Part shown: piece after piece, positions 1 to 11,525 of the stretch
Numbering within the stretch: position 1 is the stretch's first letter
Layout: every line of letters begins with the position of its first letter
Source of the DNA: Octopus sinensis
Lineage: Eukaryota
Direction: 5' to 3'
NCBI RefSeq assembly: GCF_006345805.1
Contig: NC_043005.1
Location: 67,952,001 to 68,016,000 of the forward strand
Length of the DNA stretch: 64,000 nt
The notes under the pieces: model-generated
Told to the model about the DNA's origin: nothing
Seen by the model: the letters and a program-made list of their open reading frames with translations, nothing else
Databases searched by the model: none
Made by a program: the position numbers and the translations under genes

Positions 1-165
1 TTGATCTGGCAGAGTTTCTACAACTGGATGCCCTTCCTAATGCCAACCACTCCAAGAGTGTAGTAGGTGCTTTTACGTGCCACCAGCATGAGGGCCAGTC
101 AGGCGGTACTGGCAACAGCCATGCTCAAATGGTGTTTTTTACGTGCCACCTGCACAGGAGCCAGA
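1..165 (-). mobile_element. SINE family D fragment (core GGTTGGCGTTAGGAAGGGCATCCAGC, (GAT)n tail elsewhere)
   Basis: Matches the internal part of copies at 53647-53990 and 54768-55010. Confidence 0.7.
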
Positions 166-1388
166 GTAGATAAAATCAGTACCTGTTGAGCACTGGGGTC
201 GATATAATTGACTTACTACTTCCCATGAAATTGCAGGCCCTGTACCAAAATTTAAAACCAATATATGAGGATTTCAGACTAGAAGCATCATGCATCCCTC
301 TTTAACAGTTTTTGTATTGACTCTTTTTGTGACAGTTTAAGAGTGGATATGCATATATTTCTGAATAACTGCAAGGTTACCTTGTGAAAGATATAAATAC
401 TGTGCTTGTTTGCAAATGATTAAGCTTCTGAAAGAGCTAATTCTATCTCTGCTCCAGAATTCTCAACTTCTTATAACTATTCGTCACTACCATGTATCTC
501 TTATACAGTTAGACACCTGTTCCTGTATCCCTGTTCTTTAGCCTCACAATACCTAGCACAAAGTCAACTTTATCAATACTGCAGTGATTTTTCAATCACC
601 ATTTTCCTGTATCCATAGCGATTCTGTCTTAGTATGCAGTTGGCCATGGATACATCTTACTTTCAAAACCCAAAGAGACAGAAATGCACATTCAGCATTC
701 TCATCACCCCTGCTTAACGATTTTCGTCTGTTACTGACGTATTTGTATTTTTAAACAGAGTACATCTGTAAGTGATATTGTCTCTAGACGAATACCACAG
801 TTAATTTGCCTTTTGTGCTGTATTTTCATCAAGTATGATACACTGGTAGCTGTTTTAATCTAATACCAATTCTGTTGTACATAACAGATTTTTATTCAGC
901 CAGACAGCAAGTTGCAACACCAGTAATTTTTCAATTATTGTTTCCCTACATAAGTATATAAGTATGTTGCACAAATGGGTGTATGTGTTTGTTTACTGTA
1001 AGTTACATTAATTTACCAGTTCTGTTTACATTACAAGCCAGTGATCGCCTATTTTCATTTGATAACTGATTTATCAGTGTTGTTTCAACTGCTAAATTAT
1101 TATTTTTTATTTTTATGTACCGATAAATTTTCCATTTGAAGATGGCAGCGTTGTTATTACACACTTGCAGGAAGTAAATAAAATCGAGAAATTCGATGTA
1201 AAAATAATAATTGTCTGGTAGAATTAAAGAATACTAAAGCACTAGAACATTTTCAACGTCAAAGTATTAAAATTCTGACAAAATATCCACCACTTGACGG
1301 AATTCACAAAATTAAGTGATCTAAACACAGTGTGTTGATTATTTGTCCCAGCTTAAATACAATGTGATAATTTTTGCAGTGCAGATTC

Positions 1389-1425
<37 letters not shown>

Positions 1426-1910
1426 AATTAGCAACAGGATATCAAGAAGTGCTGCAGCACAACTGTTTCAACTGACTCCATTTAATTGAACAATGCAATC
1501 ATTACATCAATTTAAATGCAGGGCTATCCTCAGCTGCATAAATAAATAAATAGAATTTTTATCAGTTGGACACATTAATATAATTTTACTCAAATACTCT
1601 AATAGAGCAAGAAGATGGAAAGAATCTGTGTTGCCACTAATGTAGCTAAGAACATACTACACTTCCAAGAAATGTATGAAGTTTGTTGGGGTCATAGCTT
1701 GTGAGGGATTGTGGTTCATTTTTAATTGATTAAGTCTTTTTATCAACTACTAAATCTAATGATGTAATGATTGCATTGTTCACTTAAATGGAGTCATTTG
1801 AAACGGCCGTACTGCATCACCTCTTAATATACTGTTGCTTATTTTGATTTTATTCACCTTTGAGTTGTATGGATAATACCACACTGATTTGGTGCTTCAA
1901 CTTAAGTAAA

Positions 1911-1916
<6 letters not shown>

Positions 1917-1990
<74 letters not shown>

Positions 1991-2002
1991 GAGAGAGAGA
2001 GA
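1917..2002. repeat. (TA)n followed by (GA)n microsatellite
   Basis: Directly visible. Confidence 0.95.
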
Positions 2003-2331
2003 TACACACAAAGCTTCAGCAGTAAATGAATCGAACCAGATTCACGTAGTTGTGTAACAAAGGTAACCACATAACCCTTACCTACACCTTTTATGTGCTG
2101 AATTGAAATACAGTTGAGGTAGATAAAATAATTACCAGTCAAGTACTGAGGTCAATCTAACCGACTGTGTCCTCGAAATTCATTGTATTGTACCTAACCT
2201 AAAAATTGTCGGCAGCCATCAAAGGAAAGTTCTTAGTTTTCACGTGAAAATGCAGAGAGAAGTGTTTTGGGGTTTTTTTTTTTTTTTGTCCTCTCCCTAA
2301 GTTTCAATCCGGAATTTCAACTTCAGAGTTC

Positions 2332-2440
2332 GTTTTGGTAGTGGCTAGGTATTATGTCAGTAGCCAGTGCGTCAGTCTCATAATCAAATAAAATATGTCG
2401 AGGAATCTGAAGGTCGTGAGTTCGATCCTCACCTGGGGCA
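2332..2440 (+). pseudogene. Elongator tRNA-Met(CAT)-derived sequence with a 22-nt intron at position 37/38 and a degenerate 5' half
   Basis: GCGTCAGTCTCATA[2383-2404]ATCTGAAGGTCGTGAGTTCGATCCTCACCTGGGGCA matches eukaryotic tRNA-Met anticodon, T and acceptor arms; B box intact; T5 at ~2453-2457. The 5' acceptor and D arm align only with an extra ~14-nt insertion and many G:U pairs. Confidence 0.75.
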
Positions 2441-2460
2441 CGTCAATCTTAATTTTTATA

Positions 2461-2692
2461 AGGCGGCGAGCTGGCAGAAACGTTAGCACGCCAGGCAAAA
2501 TGCTTTGCGGTATTTCGTCTGCTGCTACGTTCTGAGTTCAAATTCCGCCGAGGTTGACTTTGCCTTTCATCCTTTCGGGGTCGATAAATTAAGTACCAGT
2601 TACGCACTGGGGTCGATATAATCGACTTAATCCCTTTGTCTGTCTTTGTTTGTCCCCTCTATGTTTAGCCCTTTGTGGGCAATAAAGAAATA
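2461..2692 (+). mobile_element. tRNA-derived SINE family A (GGCGGCGAGCTGGCAGAAACGTTAGC...GTGGGCAATAAAGAAATA)
   Basis: About ten similar copies in the window; B-box-like GAGTTCAAATTCC. Confidence 0.9.
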
Positions 2693-3618
2693 AGATATTA
2701 TGTCAGTATTATCCACGTTGTATTAGATGATCTGTGCCACTTTCTCTCTCTCTCTCTCTCTCTCTCTCGTCAAATCGAAGAAACGAGATTTTGCTGTCAT
2801 CACAATCTATATGATTACAAACTACAATTTCGTGAACTCATAGGATACAACTACTTGCCTTTTATACACACACATCCACGTACGAACGCACACACAATAA
2901 CAACAACAGCCCTTTAAAGAAAATGGACGTTTCAATCTTTTGCTTTGTAAACCTACTGAGCCGTTATGTTCGATATTCACTCTTTGTAACAAACAAAGAA
3001 AAGCAATAAAATGTTCGAGTTGATTGATATATGACGACAAATCTCACTTCACCGTTCCTGCGTATTCGCTTTTGAGTGATCCTTAAAATTTTTCTACTCC
3101 GTTTCACTTCATTCCTTTCAAGTCGGTAAAATAAAATATTAATCAAGATGATTTACATTGATCTAATGTATTCTAGATGATAATAGGATTATAAAAGAAA
3201 AGTATATTTGATAATTCCTTACAAGTATTGCTTTTTAAGTTTTTGTAAGATAAGAATTGAGAGTTTTCTGGACAGAGGAGTGGAGTGGGGCATAAGATAC
3301 TACGAGTTAGAGGTGTTCAAATATTCGATGAATCAATAAAATGGAAATGTAGTTTTAAATTTCAAACAATGAGCAAGAATGTTTGAAGACAATATCAAAA
3401 GAAATATAATCCTTTTGATATCAACCCCCCTGAGACCGCTCCTAGTTCTTTGATACAAATTTCCTGTTTTAAAGCGATCTAAATTAAAATTTCCTTAAAA
3501 TTTCATGTTAAATTATGTTCCACGCATAATGAATAAGTTAATGTATTCTATTCTTATTTTCGTAATAAATTGAAAGTAAAAGGGTGTATTTCAACAGAAA
3601 TATGGTAACAAAAGGTTC

Positions 3619-4033
3619 GGATCTTTTCGGTTTGAACGGCAGTTTTTTAAAATAATTTCCACGTAACTAAACACTTTTAAACTTCGTATACTGGTAGAAT
3701 GTGTTTATAAACCGTCTTTTTCTCTTGGCTTTATTGAGAAAATTCTATGGTTTGTAAGATATTTGTTGTTGTTTTTCTTAAATTTCTGCAATTTCAACCA
3801 ATCAATGACGTCTATTGAGGTGAAAACATTCTGTGCCGTATGAATATGTCCCTCGTTTAAGAAACAGATTGGGTTTATTTACATTTCTGAAGAAAAAAAG
3901 ATACCATTCCCCCACCCCTAACCCCAACCCTAAAACAGTTTGAAATGCAATAGATCGATACTAGGGTCGTAATTATGGGTGACAATTTCATATGACACCG
4001 CTAGAAAAACTGCCGTTCAAACCGAAAAGGTCC
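3619..4033. mobile_element. GGATC...GATCC MITE (family M1) with internal CCCTAA-like tract
   Basis: TIR GGATCTTTTCGGTTTGAACGGCAGTTTTT versus AAAAACTGCCGTTCAAACCGAAAAGGTCC; near-identical to 8470-8882. Confidence 0.85.
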
Positions 4034-4321
4034 AAATTTTCCTTAAAATTTCATGTTAAATTATGTTCCACGGATAATGACCAAGTTAATGTATTGTATT
4101 CTTATTTTCGTAATAAGTTGAAAGAAAGAGGGTGCATTTCAACAGAAATATGGTAACAAAAGGTTCAATCAACGTAAGAAACGAAATATTTTAAAGCCAT
4201 TCTTTATACAGAGAGCAACAACGATAACTGGTGTTGTGTACAATTGATGAATTTGTAATGTACATTTATATTTTACAAGCTACAGTCAATTGAGTTTACT
4301 CTAATGCGTGATTGATACATA

Positions 4322-4777
4322 CCGTAAATCTTCGAGTATAGTCCGCCCTTGAGTATAATATGCACCCCTTCTCTAACTTGAGTCAAGGAGGTCTATATAA
4401 TGTCTTTGGTTTATAAAAATGTATGCGGTAACGTCCTTTATTATTATTGTATATATAACATAATGCAAACGTGTTGCTTTTTTGTGCATTTTGTTTGCAG
4501 AAAATAAAGAAATATCAGTAATAAAGTTTAATAAATATTGCTTACTGCAAGTTATGGATGATTCTTTTATGACTTCATTGCTTTCAGGCTTAGCTTAAGG
4601 TAGTTTTGCGCCCGATATCACAAAATGCGTCTGAATAAAAATTGCAGGACAGCAAATAGAGACTCGGACATTGCTTAGAAAATATTTTTCATTTTTAACC
4701 TCGTATATAGTACTCACTAGGGATTTTGACCATTAAATTTTGGGGAAAAAATGCGGATTATACTCGAAGATTTACGG
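4322..4777. mobile_element. Tc1/mariner-superfamily (pogo-like) MITE
   Basis: TA-flanked perfect TIR CCGTAAATCTTCGAGTATA / TATACTCGAAGATTTACGG. Confidence 0.8.
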
Positions 4778-5179
4778 TACAAAACGAGTCAGAGGAGCTT
4801 CTACAAGGCTGCTCGATCTTCTAGAAATAACAACCAAATCTCACAAGCCGCACATTTATCGTGTTAAAAACCGCAAAGACACTGGATAATGAAAAAAGAA
4901 AGAAAGAAAAGGTGGGATGGTCAAAACTGGAACATTTTGGTCATACGTCTCCTCATTTATGGTTGGCTAACATAATAAATAAAATTACTTTATCAATGCA
5001 ACCAAGCAATATTGGATGGTAAAGTTGATCTTTGATAGTCTTTGAAGTTTGAATCTGTAGAGATTAAATAATGTCAACACTATCAATCTTTTTCCTCGGC
5101 CACACGAAATATTGTGATTTTGTGTCAAAGAAGAATTATACGTTATCGTTATACTAAAATGGTAACCAAATCCAGTGAT

Positions 5180-5450
5180 CTGTGTGGTAAGTAGCTTGCT
5201 TATCAACCACATGGTTCTGGGTTCAGTCCCGCTGCGCGGCACCTTGGGCAAGTGTCTTCTACTATAGCCTCGGGCTGACCAAAGCCTTGTGAGTGGATTT
5301 GGTAGGCGGAAACTGAAAGAAACCCGTCGTATATATGTATTTATATATGTATGTGTGTGTCTGTGTTTGTCCCCGCACCATCGCTTGACAACCGATGCTG
5401 GTGTGTTTACGTCCCCGTAACTTAGCGGTACGGCAAAAGGAGACCGATAA
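5180..5450 (+). mobile_element. tRNA-derived SINE family B, 3'-truncated
   Basis: TGTGTGGTAAGTAGCTTGC...GGTTCAGTCCC...CACCTTGGGCAAGTG; matches the full copy at 15397-15856. Confidence 0.85.
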
Positions 5451-6049
5451 GTGTATAAAAGTGGTTATCCTGTGTGGTCCGTACAGCCTGCACTCATCCA
5501 TCCGACATCACTGGCCAAATCATCTAATTTAAAAAGATTCGAGATTAAGGCTGAAGTGCGTTTGATTCTAGGCCTCACAGGTCAAAGCTAACCTAGAGCA
5601 AAACAACATTTTATATTTTGAGTGTTTTCTTTGTCTGCTAGAAATAGCAACCACATCTCCAAGTCATATGTTACTATCTTAATAAAAGGAAAGAAACATT
5701 GGAAAATATATACTTATGTCTGGAAAAAGATCGGGTAGTCATTGCCAAAATTCTTTTGGCCTTAGGTGTGCTAATGCTGACCTGGTGCTGAATAATATCG
5801 ATCATATCGTCTGTATATGATATGATTAATGTGTGAACTTCCCTTTGATCTTAGCGAAAAGGCCGTGAAGCGATTTTTGATGTATAATCTTGTTAAAAAT
5901 GTTCGATATAAACATATATTTAACAACAGGAATTGTACTGTCTAACCAAACAGAATTATTTAGTTTTGTCTTTGTTTATTGGCAATAGGCATGATGTGTA
6001 GTTCTGGGTTCGATCTCACTGTACAGTACCTTGGATAAATATCATCTAT

Positions 6050-7160
6050 GGTAACTCTTTGGTGGGGATACTGCTGGATTCATTCACCATAACTTCTTAA
6101 AACCCGGAAAAAACATTACTTCAGAAACATATTGCCAAAATGAACAAAAAACTGCTACTCTTCCATCTCAGACTGGCCATCAGAAGAGGGCCAATCATTC
6201 TTCATTACGATGCTCGACCACACGTTTCACTAATGACGCTTCAGAAGTTGAGGGAACTTGGCTACTAAGTTCTTCCCCAACCAGCTTATTTCCCACACCT
6301 TTCTCCTACCGACTACCACTTTTTCAAGTACCTTGGTGGTTTCCTGGGGAAGAACTTCGTAGCCAAGTTCCCTCAACTTCTGAAGCGTTATTCGTGAAAC
6401 GTGTGGTCGAGTATTGTAATGAAGAATGATTGGCCTTCTTCTGATGACCAGTCGGGGACGGAAGAATAGCAGTTTTTGTTCATTTTGGCAATTTCATGGC
6501 AATATGTTTCTGCAGTAATGGTTTTTCCGGATTTTAAGAAGTTATGGTAAATGAATCCAGCAGTATCCCACCAAAGAGTTACCATAACCTTCTTTTTGAA
6601 AAGCTCGGGTTTAGGGAAGGTTTTCGGTGCTTTGTTTTGGTCCAACCACAGCAAAGAAAGTCTTTTTTGTTATGTCGAACCTACTTTCCATCGCAAGTTA
6701 CAATACGGTCGAGAAATGGATCGGTCTGGTTATGGAGAAGAAGCGACAAACAAATTTCATATCTGCGCATTTTCTGATTTTCATTCAAATCGTGTGATAC
6801 CTATTTGTCAAACTCTTTTGATTTTCTGATCGCATGCAAATGGTTGCAGGTAGTTTTCTAGCAAACTTGAAGTTCTTTTGCCAGTTCTCGAGAGGTTTTA
6901 CGCGGTTCTTTCTCAACGACGGTCTTTAATTGACCATCATCGATGACGGTCGTCCACTACGCTCACGATCTTCAAGGCTCAGGTTTCCACTGCGAAATCG
7001 TTTAAACCATTTTCGAACTGACCACTCACTGGTCATTTCTTCACCAAACGTTTTGTTGATATCGCGAGCAGTTTCAACTGCTTTACGTCCTTTTTTGAAG
7101 TTGAATAGCAAAATTGCTCGAATATCGCGCTTTGGCAGTTCCATTTCAGATGCTTGTAAC
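6050..7160 (-). mobile_element. Decayed mariner transposase (HTH plus part of the DDD domain), with an inverted partial copy at 6050-6350
   Basis: ORFs MELPKRDIRAILLFNFKKGRKAVETARDIN...WFKRFRSGNLSLEDRERSGRP and PKPELFKKKVMVTLWWDTAGFIYHNFL, with frameshifts. Confidence 0.88.
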
Positions 7161-7227
7161 AACGGTGAAAAAAATATCAATGTTAATTTATTGATGCATT
7201 TGGGCAAGTCTATATCTATATTATCAA

Positions 7228-7456
7228 CGGTGAGCTGGCAGAAACGTTAGCACGCCGGGCGAAATGCGTAGCCGTATTTCGTCTGCCGTTACGTTCTGAG
7301 TTCAAATTCCGCCGAGGTCGACTTTGCCTTTCATCCTTTCGGGGTCGATAAATAAAGTACAAGTTACGCACTGGGGTCGATGTAATCGACTTAATCCATT
7401 TGTCTGTCCTTGTTTGTCCCCTCTATGTTTAGCCCCTTGTGGGCAGTAAAGAAATA
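7228..7456 (+). mobile_element. SINE family A
   Basis: Matches 2461-2692. Confidence 0.9.
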
Positions 7457-7619
7457 TATATCTGTATTATCAGACAATTGCAAAAAAAAAAAGAAAAAGA
7501 GATTGTTTTTAAAAAATTCAAAATTCTGCGAAAATCCGGTACATATTCTTCTTTGTTCAAAACGTTGCTTTCTCTACTTGATATAATATATTTCATTTTT
7601 TTCTTTTCTTTTTATCCAG

Positions 7620-8266
7620 GTGATGAAGCCGGTGGAAACTTAGCTGCAGCAGTTTCTCTTAGACTCGCAGTTGAGACTGCATTTCCTACTCTAAGAGCTC
7701 AAATTCTTATAAGTCCGCCTCTTCAAGCATTTGATTTTCTCACTCCATCGATGTTGTTTCATGACAAAAGTGCTCCATTTATAATGAGTCGAAGAATGAT
7801 CACACAGAATTGGCTCAACTATTACCAAGGTCACACTAAAAATATTGATGAATTTTTGATCAATAACCACACAGCACCTCTTCTGAAAGAATCCGAAGTT
7901 TCCCAATCTGTGTCTGTTCATCGACTACCCGAAAGGTACCAGAAGCAACATACTGTTCAAACGTCGACTGACTTTGGTGACGAAGATATTTCTTATGATT
8001 TTGAGCCAGTTCTTTTAAACCCATACTTTTGCCCACTGTTTGCACAAGATTTCAAAAAGATACCGCAAGCATATGTTATTTCAATGGAATTCGACGTTCT
8101 AAGAGATGACGGCTTTCTGTTTGTTGAGAGATTGCGTCAATCTGGCGTGAAAGTATATCACGACCATTTTAACGAAGCCTTTCATGGGATATTAATGTAT
8201 GAACATTTTGAAACGAGAGATAAAATCATAGCTTCATTGGTCAGTTTTATTAAAGGCAGCGTTTAA
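7620..8266 (+). CDS. Terminal coding exon of an arylacetamide deacetylase / NCEH1-like HSL-family alpha/beta-hydrolase (catalytic Ser replaced by Glu)
   Basis: Polypyrimidine tract and CCAG acceptor ending at 7619 (phase 1). Translation G-D-E-A-G-G-N-L-A-A-A-V...LISPPLQAFDF..PS...NPYFCPL...EFDVLRDDG...AFHG matches the AADAC-family C-terminal half (GDSAGGNLAAAV, YDVLRDDG, GFHG). Stop TAA at 8264-8266. Upstream exons were not found in the window. Confidence 0.9.
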
Positions 8267-8469
8267 TAGCAATTTTATCCCCATTAAACATTTAATCAAT
8301 TGATTACACACAATCGCCCGTTCGTATGATTTACGTGTGTATTCGTGAGAATGAGTGTATGCGTGTACTGACAGCTAATCATTATTTTTAATCAGCAAAA
8401 GCACAATTTTTTTCTAATTAAATAAAAATAAATGAATTATTATTGTTACTGCTTTTCATTTAGAGTTTG

Positions 8470-8882
8470 GGATCTTTTCGGTTTGAACGGCAGTTTTTAA
8501 CATAATTTCTAGGTAACTAAAAAGTTTTAAACTTCGTATACTGGTAGAATGTGTTTATAAAACATCTTTTTCTCTTGGCTTTATTAAGAAAATTCTATAG
8601 TTTGTAAGATATTTGTTGTTTTTTTTTTCTTCAATTTCTGCAATTTCAACCAATCAGAGACGTCTATTGAGTTAAAAAGCATTCTGTGCTGTATGAGTAT
8701 GTCCCTCGTTTAAGAAACAGATTGGGTTTATTTACATTTCTGAAGAAAAAAAAGATACCTTCCCCCCACCCCTAACCCTAAAAGAGATTGAAATGCAATT
8801 GATCGATTCTAGGGTCATAATTATGAGTGACAATTTCATATGACACCGCTAGAAAAAACTGCCGTTCAAACCGAAAAGATCC
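8470..8882. mobile_element. MITE family M1 with 8-bp TSD AGAGTTTG
   Basis: TIRs as at 3619; TSD at 8462-8469 and 8883-8890. Confidence 0.9.
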
Positions 8883-9370
8883 AGAGTTTGCATGCTTGGG
8901 CGAAATTGAGCCACCAGCCAGGTGGTTTGAATCCTACCAGTTACACAGCATTTGGGCCTTGGTTAAGACATTTGAATATCACCAACCAAGTCAATCAATT
9001 AAAATTTCGCATGTAAACCGTGGCAGCACTTCATTATCGATGAGAAGTACCTTGGCTTTCAGTAACCATCAGAGGAAAACTCTGAAACAGATATTTTTAA
9101 CGAATAGAGAACGTAGTCACTCGTCTGCTAAATAGAACAAAAGTCTGAGTTAGCACCAGACTTAGACATCCTTGTGATTTGCAAAAAGCTTTATTTACAC
9201 ATAACCACGTGCTCACGAACGATGATTTTATTTTCCATGACATAAAGATCTTCCTGCAGCTTGACATGTATCGTAAATATGTACATCTTAGCGATATGTG
9301 TTAATGTATTGCATATGTTTGAAAAAAAAGCAAGACAGTTATCACAGTTAGTGTCGGCATTAGTCTAAGA

Positions 9371-9860
9371 GGATCTTTACCTCTTGACCGACAGATTTAT
9401 TTATTTTTTTTTTTTTTTGGAACTAAACACTTTCAAACTTCGTATACTGGTAGAATGTGTCACATAAAACATCTTTTACTCTTGGCGTTGTTGAGAAAAT
9501 TCTGTATTTTGGAAGTTATTTTTTGTTGAAGTTTCCTTCGTGCTTCATTTTTCATTTTTTCCGTAACTCTAACCCTAAAACCTTAACACTAACAGTGACA
9601 AACGAAATATATACCGCCGATAGTTGTTGTTGACAAACAACAGCACTAATTTTATTCAGCTGAATACACGTCATTGATTGGTTGAAATTACCGAAATACG
9701 ACAACTTTAACAAAAAATAACTTCCAAAATACAGAATTTTCTCAACAACGCCAAGAGTAAAAGATGTTTTATGTGACACATTCTACAAATATACGAAGTT
9801 TGAAAGTGTTTAGTTACAAAAAATTACTTTTTAAATCTGTCGGTTAAAAGGTAAAGATCC
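9371..9860. mobile_element. Fold-back M1-related MITE with ~165-bp inverted arms
   Basis: GGATCTTTACC...GGTAAAGATCC; flanks GTCTAAGA / GTCTAAAT form a degenerate 8-bp TSD. Confidence 0.8.
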
Positions 9861-11339
9861 GTCTAAATTAGGTTTAAGAATATAGTTTTAAACTGGGGCT
9901 TCGAAACAGAATTAGTATTAAGATAAGTGTCTGACTATAAAAATATCGTGGGCTGCTATTTAACGACTGTCTTTTTTTTTTTTTTTACGGTGTACAAATG
10001 TAACGGATGGTATTAAGTAAAAACTCCTTCTAGTGACTCAATAATTACGTTTTTAGATATAAACAAGCAGTAGAAAACAAGTTACATCAATGTATTAATA
10101 ATAATGACACTAACAAATGCTTGCACATGCATAGTTATAATAAATGCTGACGCAAGTATAAAATGTTACTTGTAAAACCTATACACATGAAAGAATTCAG
10201 ATTCTCTTGCGCAAACGAAGTACTACAAGCACAAGTCAATAACATACAAACAAGTTTGTTGACTAAGCTATAAAACAGTATAAAATATGGAACCAAATTC
10301 AATGCAGTAAATATATCAAACAGAAAGCGCATCGAATTAAACATAAACAAACTACTATGTATCTTGGTTATGGAATATATGTAAATATTATCAAACAAAA
10401 TCGTACACTAGGAAATTAAATATAGTTGGTGTTACACTTAAACGCTTATCATATATTACGGAAACACGAAATTGAAATAAACTCACGAGCAACAACGCCT
10501 GCTAGCCGCTGTACAACCAATTGAGCAATGTTGTGTAAAATTTGTAGATCATTCGCTCGAAACAAGGGTTTTGGGGGTTTTTTGGGTTTTTTTTCGTATT
10601 TCACTTGGCTACTAAGCTTATTAATACCTACAAATTCGCTTGGATTTTGCAGGAAGGGTGTTTCCTCGGGATCGCTCGACTTGCTAAAACTTCTAAATCT
10701 TCGTCAAATTATACCATATCACACTATGAAATAAAGGTTATATTGTTCGATATAGCCTGGATTAAAATCAGTATGGCCACAGCAAGAATGTTTTTAGCCA
10801 TAGGTCTATATGTTCAGGGTAGAGATAAAAGGTAACCGGTAATAAAGTCACAGGGACAAAAAAGTCAGTAATAAAGTCACAATTTTGGCTAGGAAAAAAA
10901 AGTCACTATTAATTTATGGGATCCGGACAAAACACTCCCTAGGGCAACAACCCCCTCGGGACAGAACCCCTGTGACATTTTTTAGTGGATTCGAGGAAAA
11001 CACAACTCATTTATATCCAACGAGCCAAGCTATAAAGTTTATGACGCTAACAGATTGCTAATACAAATGCCTCTCTTAGGTGATAACAGCCAAGGAGATA
11101 GACAAATTGATTTCTGGGAATCCTGATAGATGGTGACATTGGACAGATGATATTTTTACACCTTTTTACCATAAGAAATATTATTCTATCAAGTTTAAAG
11201 TGATTTCCTCTGTGCCACAAACCATTTACCATTTCTGTGGTGGCCTCCCCCATTTCCCTTGATGTCCTAAGCACGTGCTTATTTTGCTTAACGATTAATC
11301 CAGCGCTGTTATATATATATAGTTAATCCAAACATGAAA

Positions 11340-11525
11340 ATACAAAGAGAAAACACAACGCGAGGACGTGGAACAAATATAGTATTATTGGACGCTCAGG
11401 AAGGAAGGGAAGAAGGAGGGTTTAACGTTTCGAGCGGAGCTCTTCGTCGGAAACATTGGAAAAGGAAAGAGAAGGAAAGACAGAGGGAAAAAATTCGCCA
11501 ACGGTACATGTATGTTGTATGTTGA
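11340..11525. mobile_element. Penelope-like terminal repeat fragment
   Basis: ACAACGCGAGGACGTG...TTTAACGTTTCGAGCGGAGCTCTTCGTC recurs at ~34495-34665 and, inverted, at ~56380-56500; family assignment is from recall of PLE termini. Confidence 0.55.

Noticed and set aside
1-7600. Upstream exons of the AADAC-like gene (HGGG and YRLAP motifs)
   Set aside because: I could not find these motifs by eye; they may lie before the window or be too diverged.
7439-7619. N-terminal part of the 275-aa ORF as coding
   Set aside because: It starts inside a SINE tail and crosses A/T runs and the polypyrimidine tract; homology starts only after the acceptor at 7619.
10649-10830. Candidate + strand exon (TTTTGCAG...AAG|GTAACC; EGCFLGIARLAK...)
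   Set aside because: No recognisable homology and no partner exons; splice-like motifs are expected by chance.
10830-11280. Possible Mutator-like end and transposase remnant
   Set aside because: Only short AAAAAAGTCAC repeats and a weak peptide resemblance; no matching second TIR was found.
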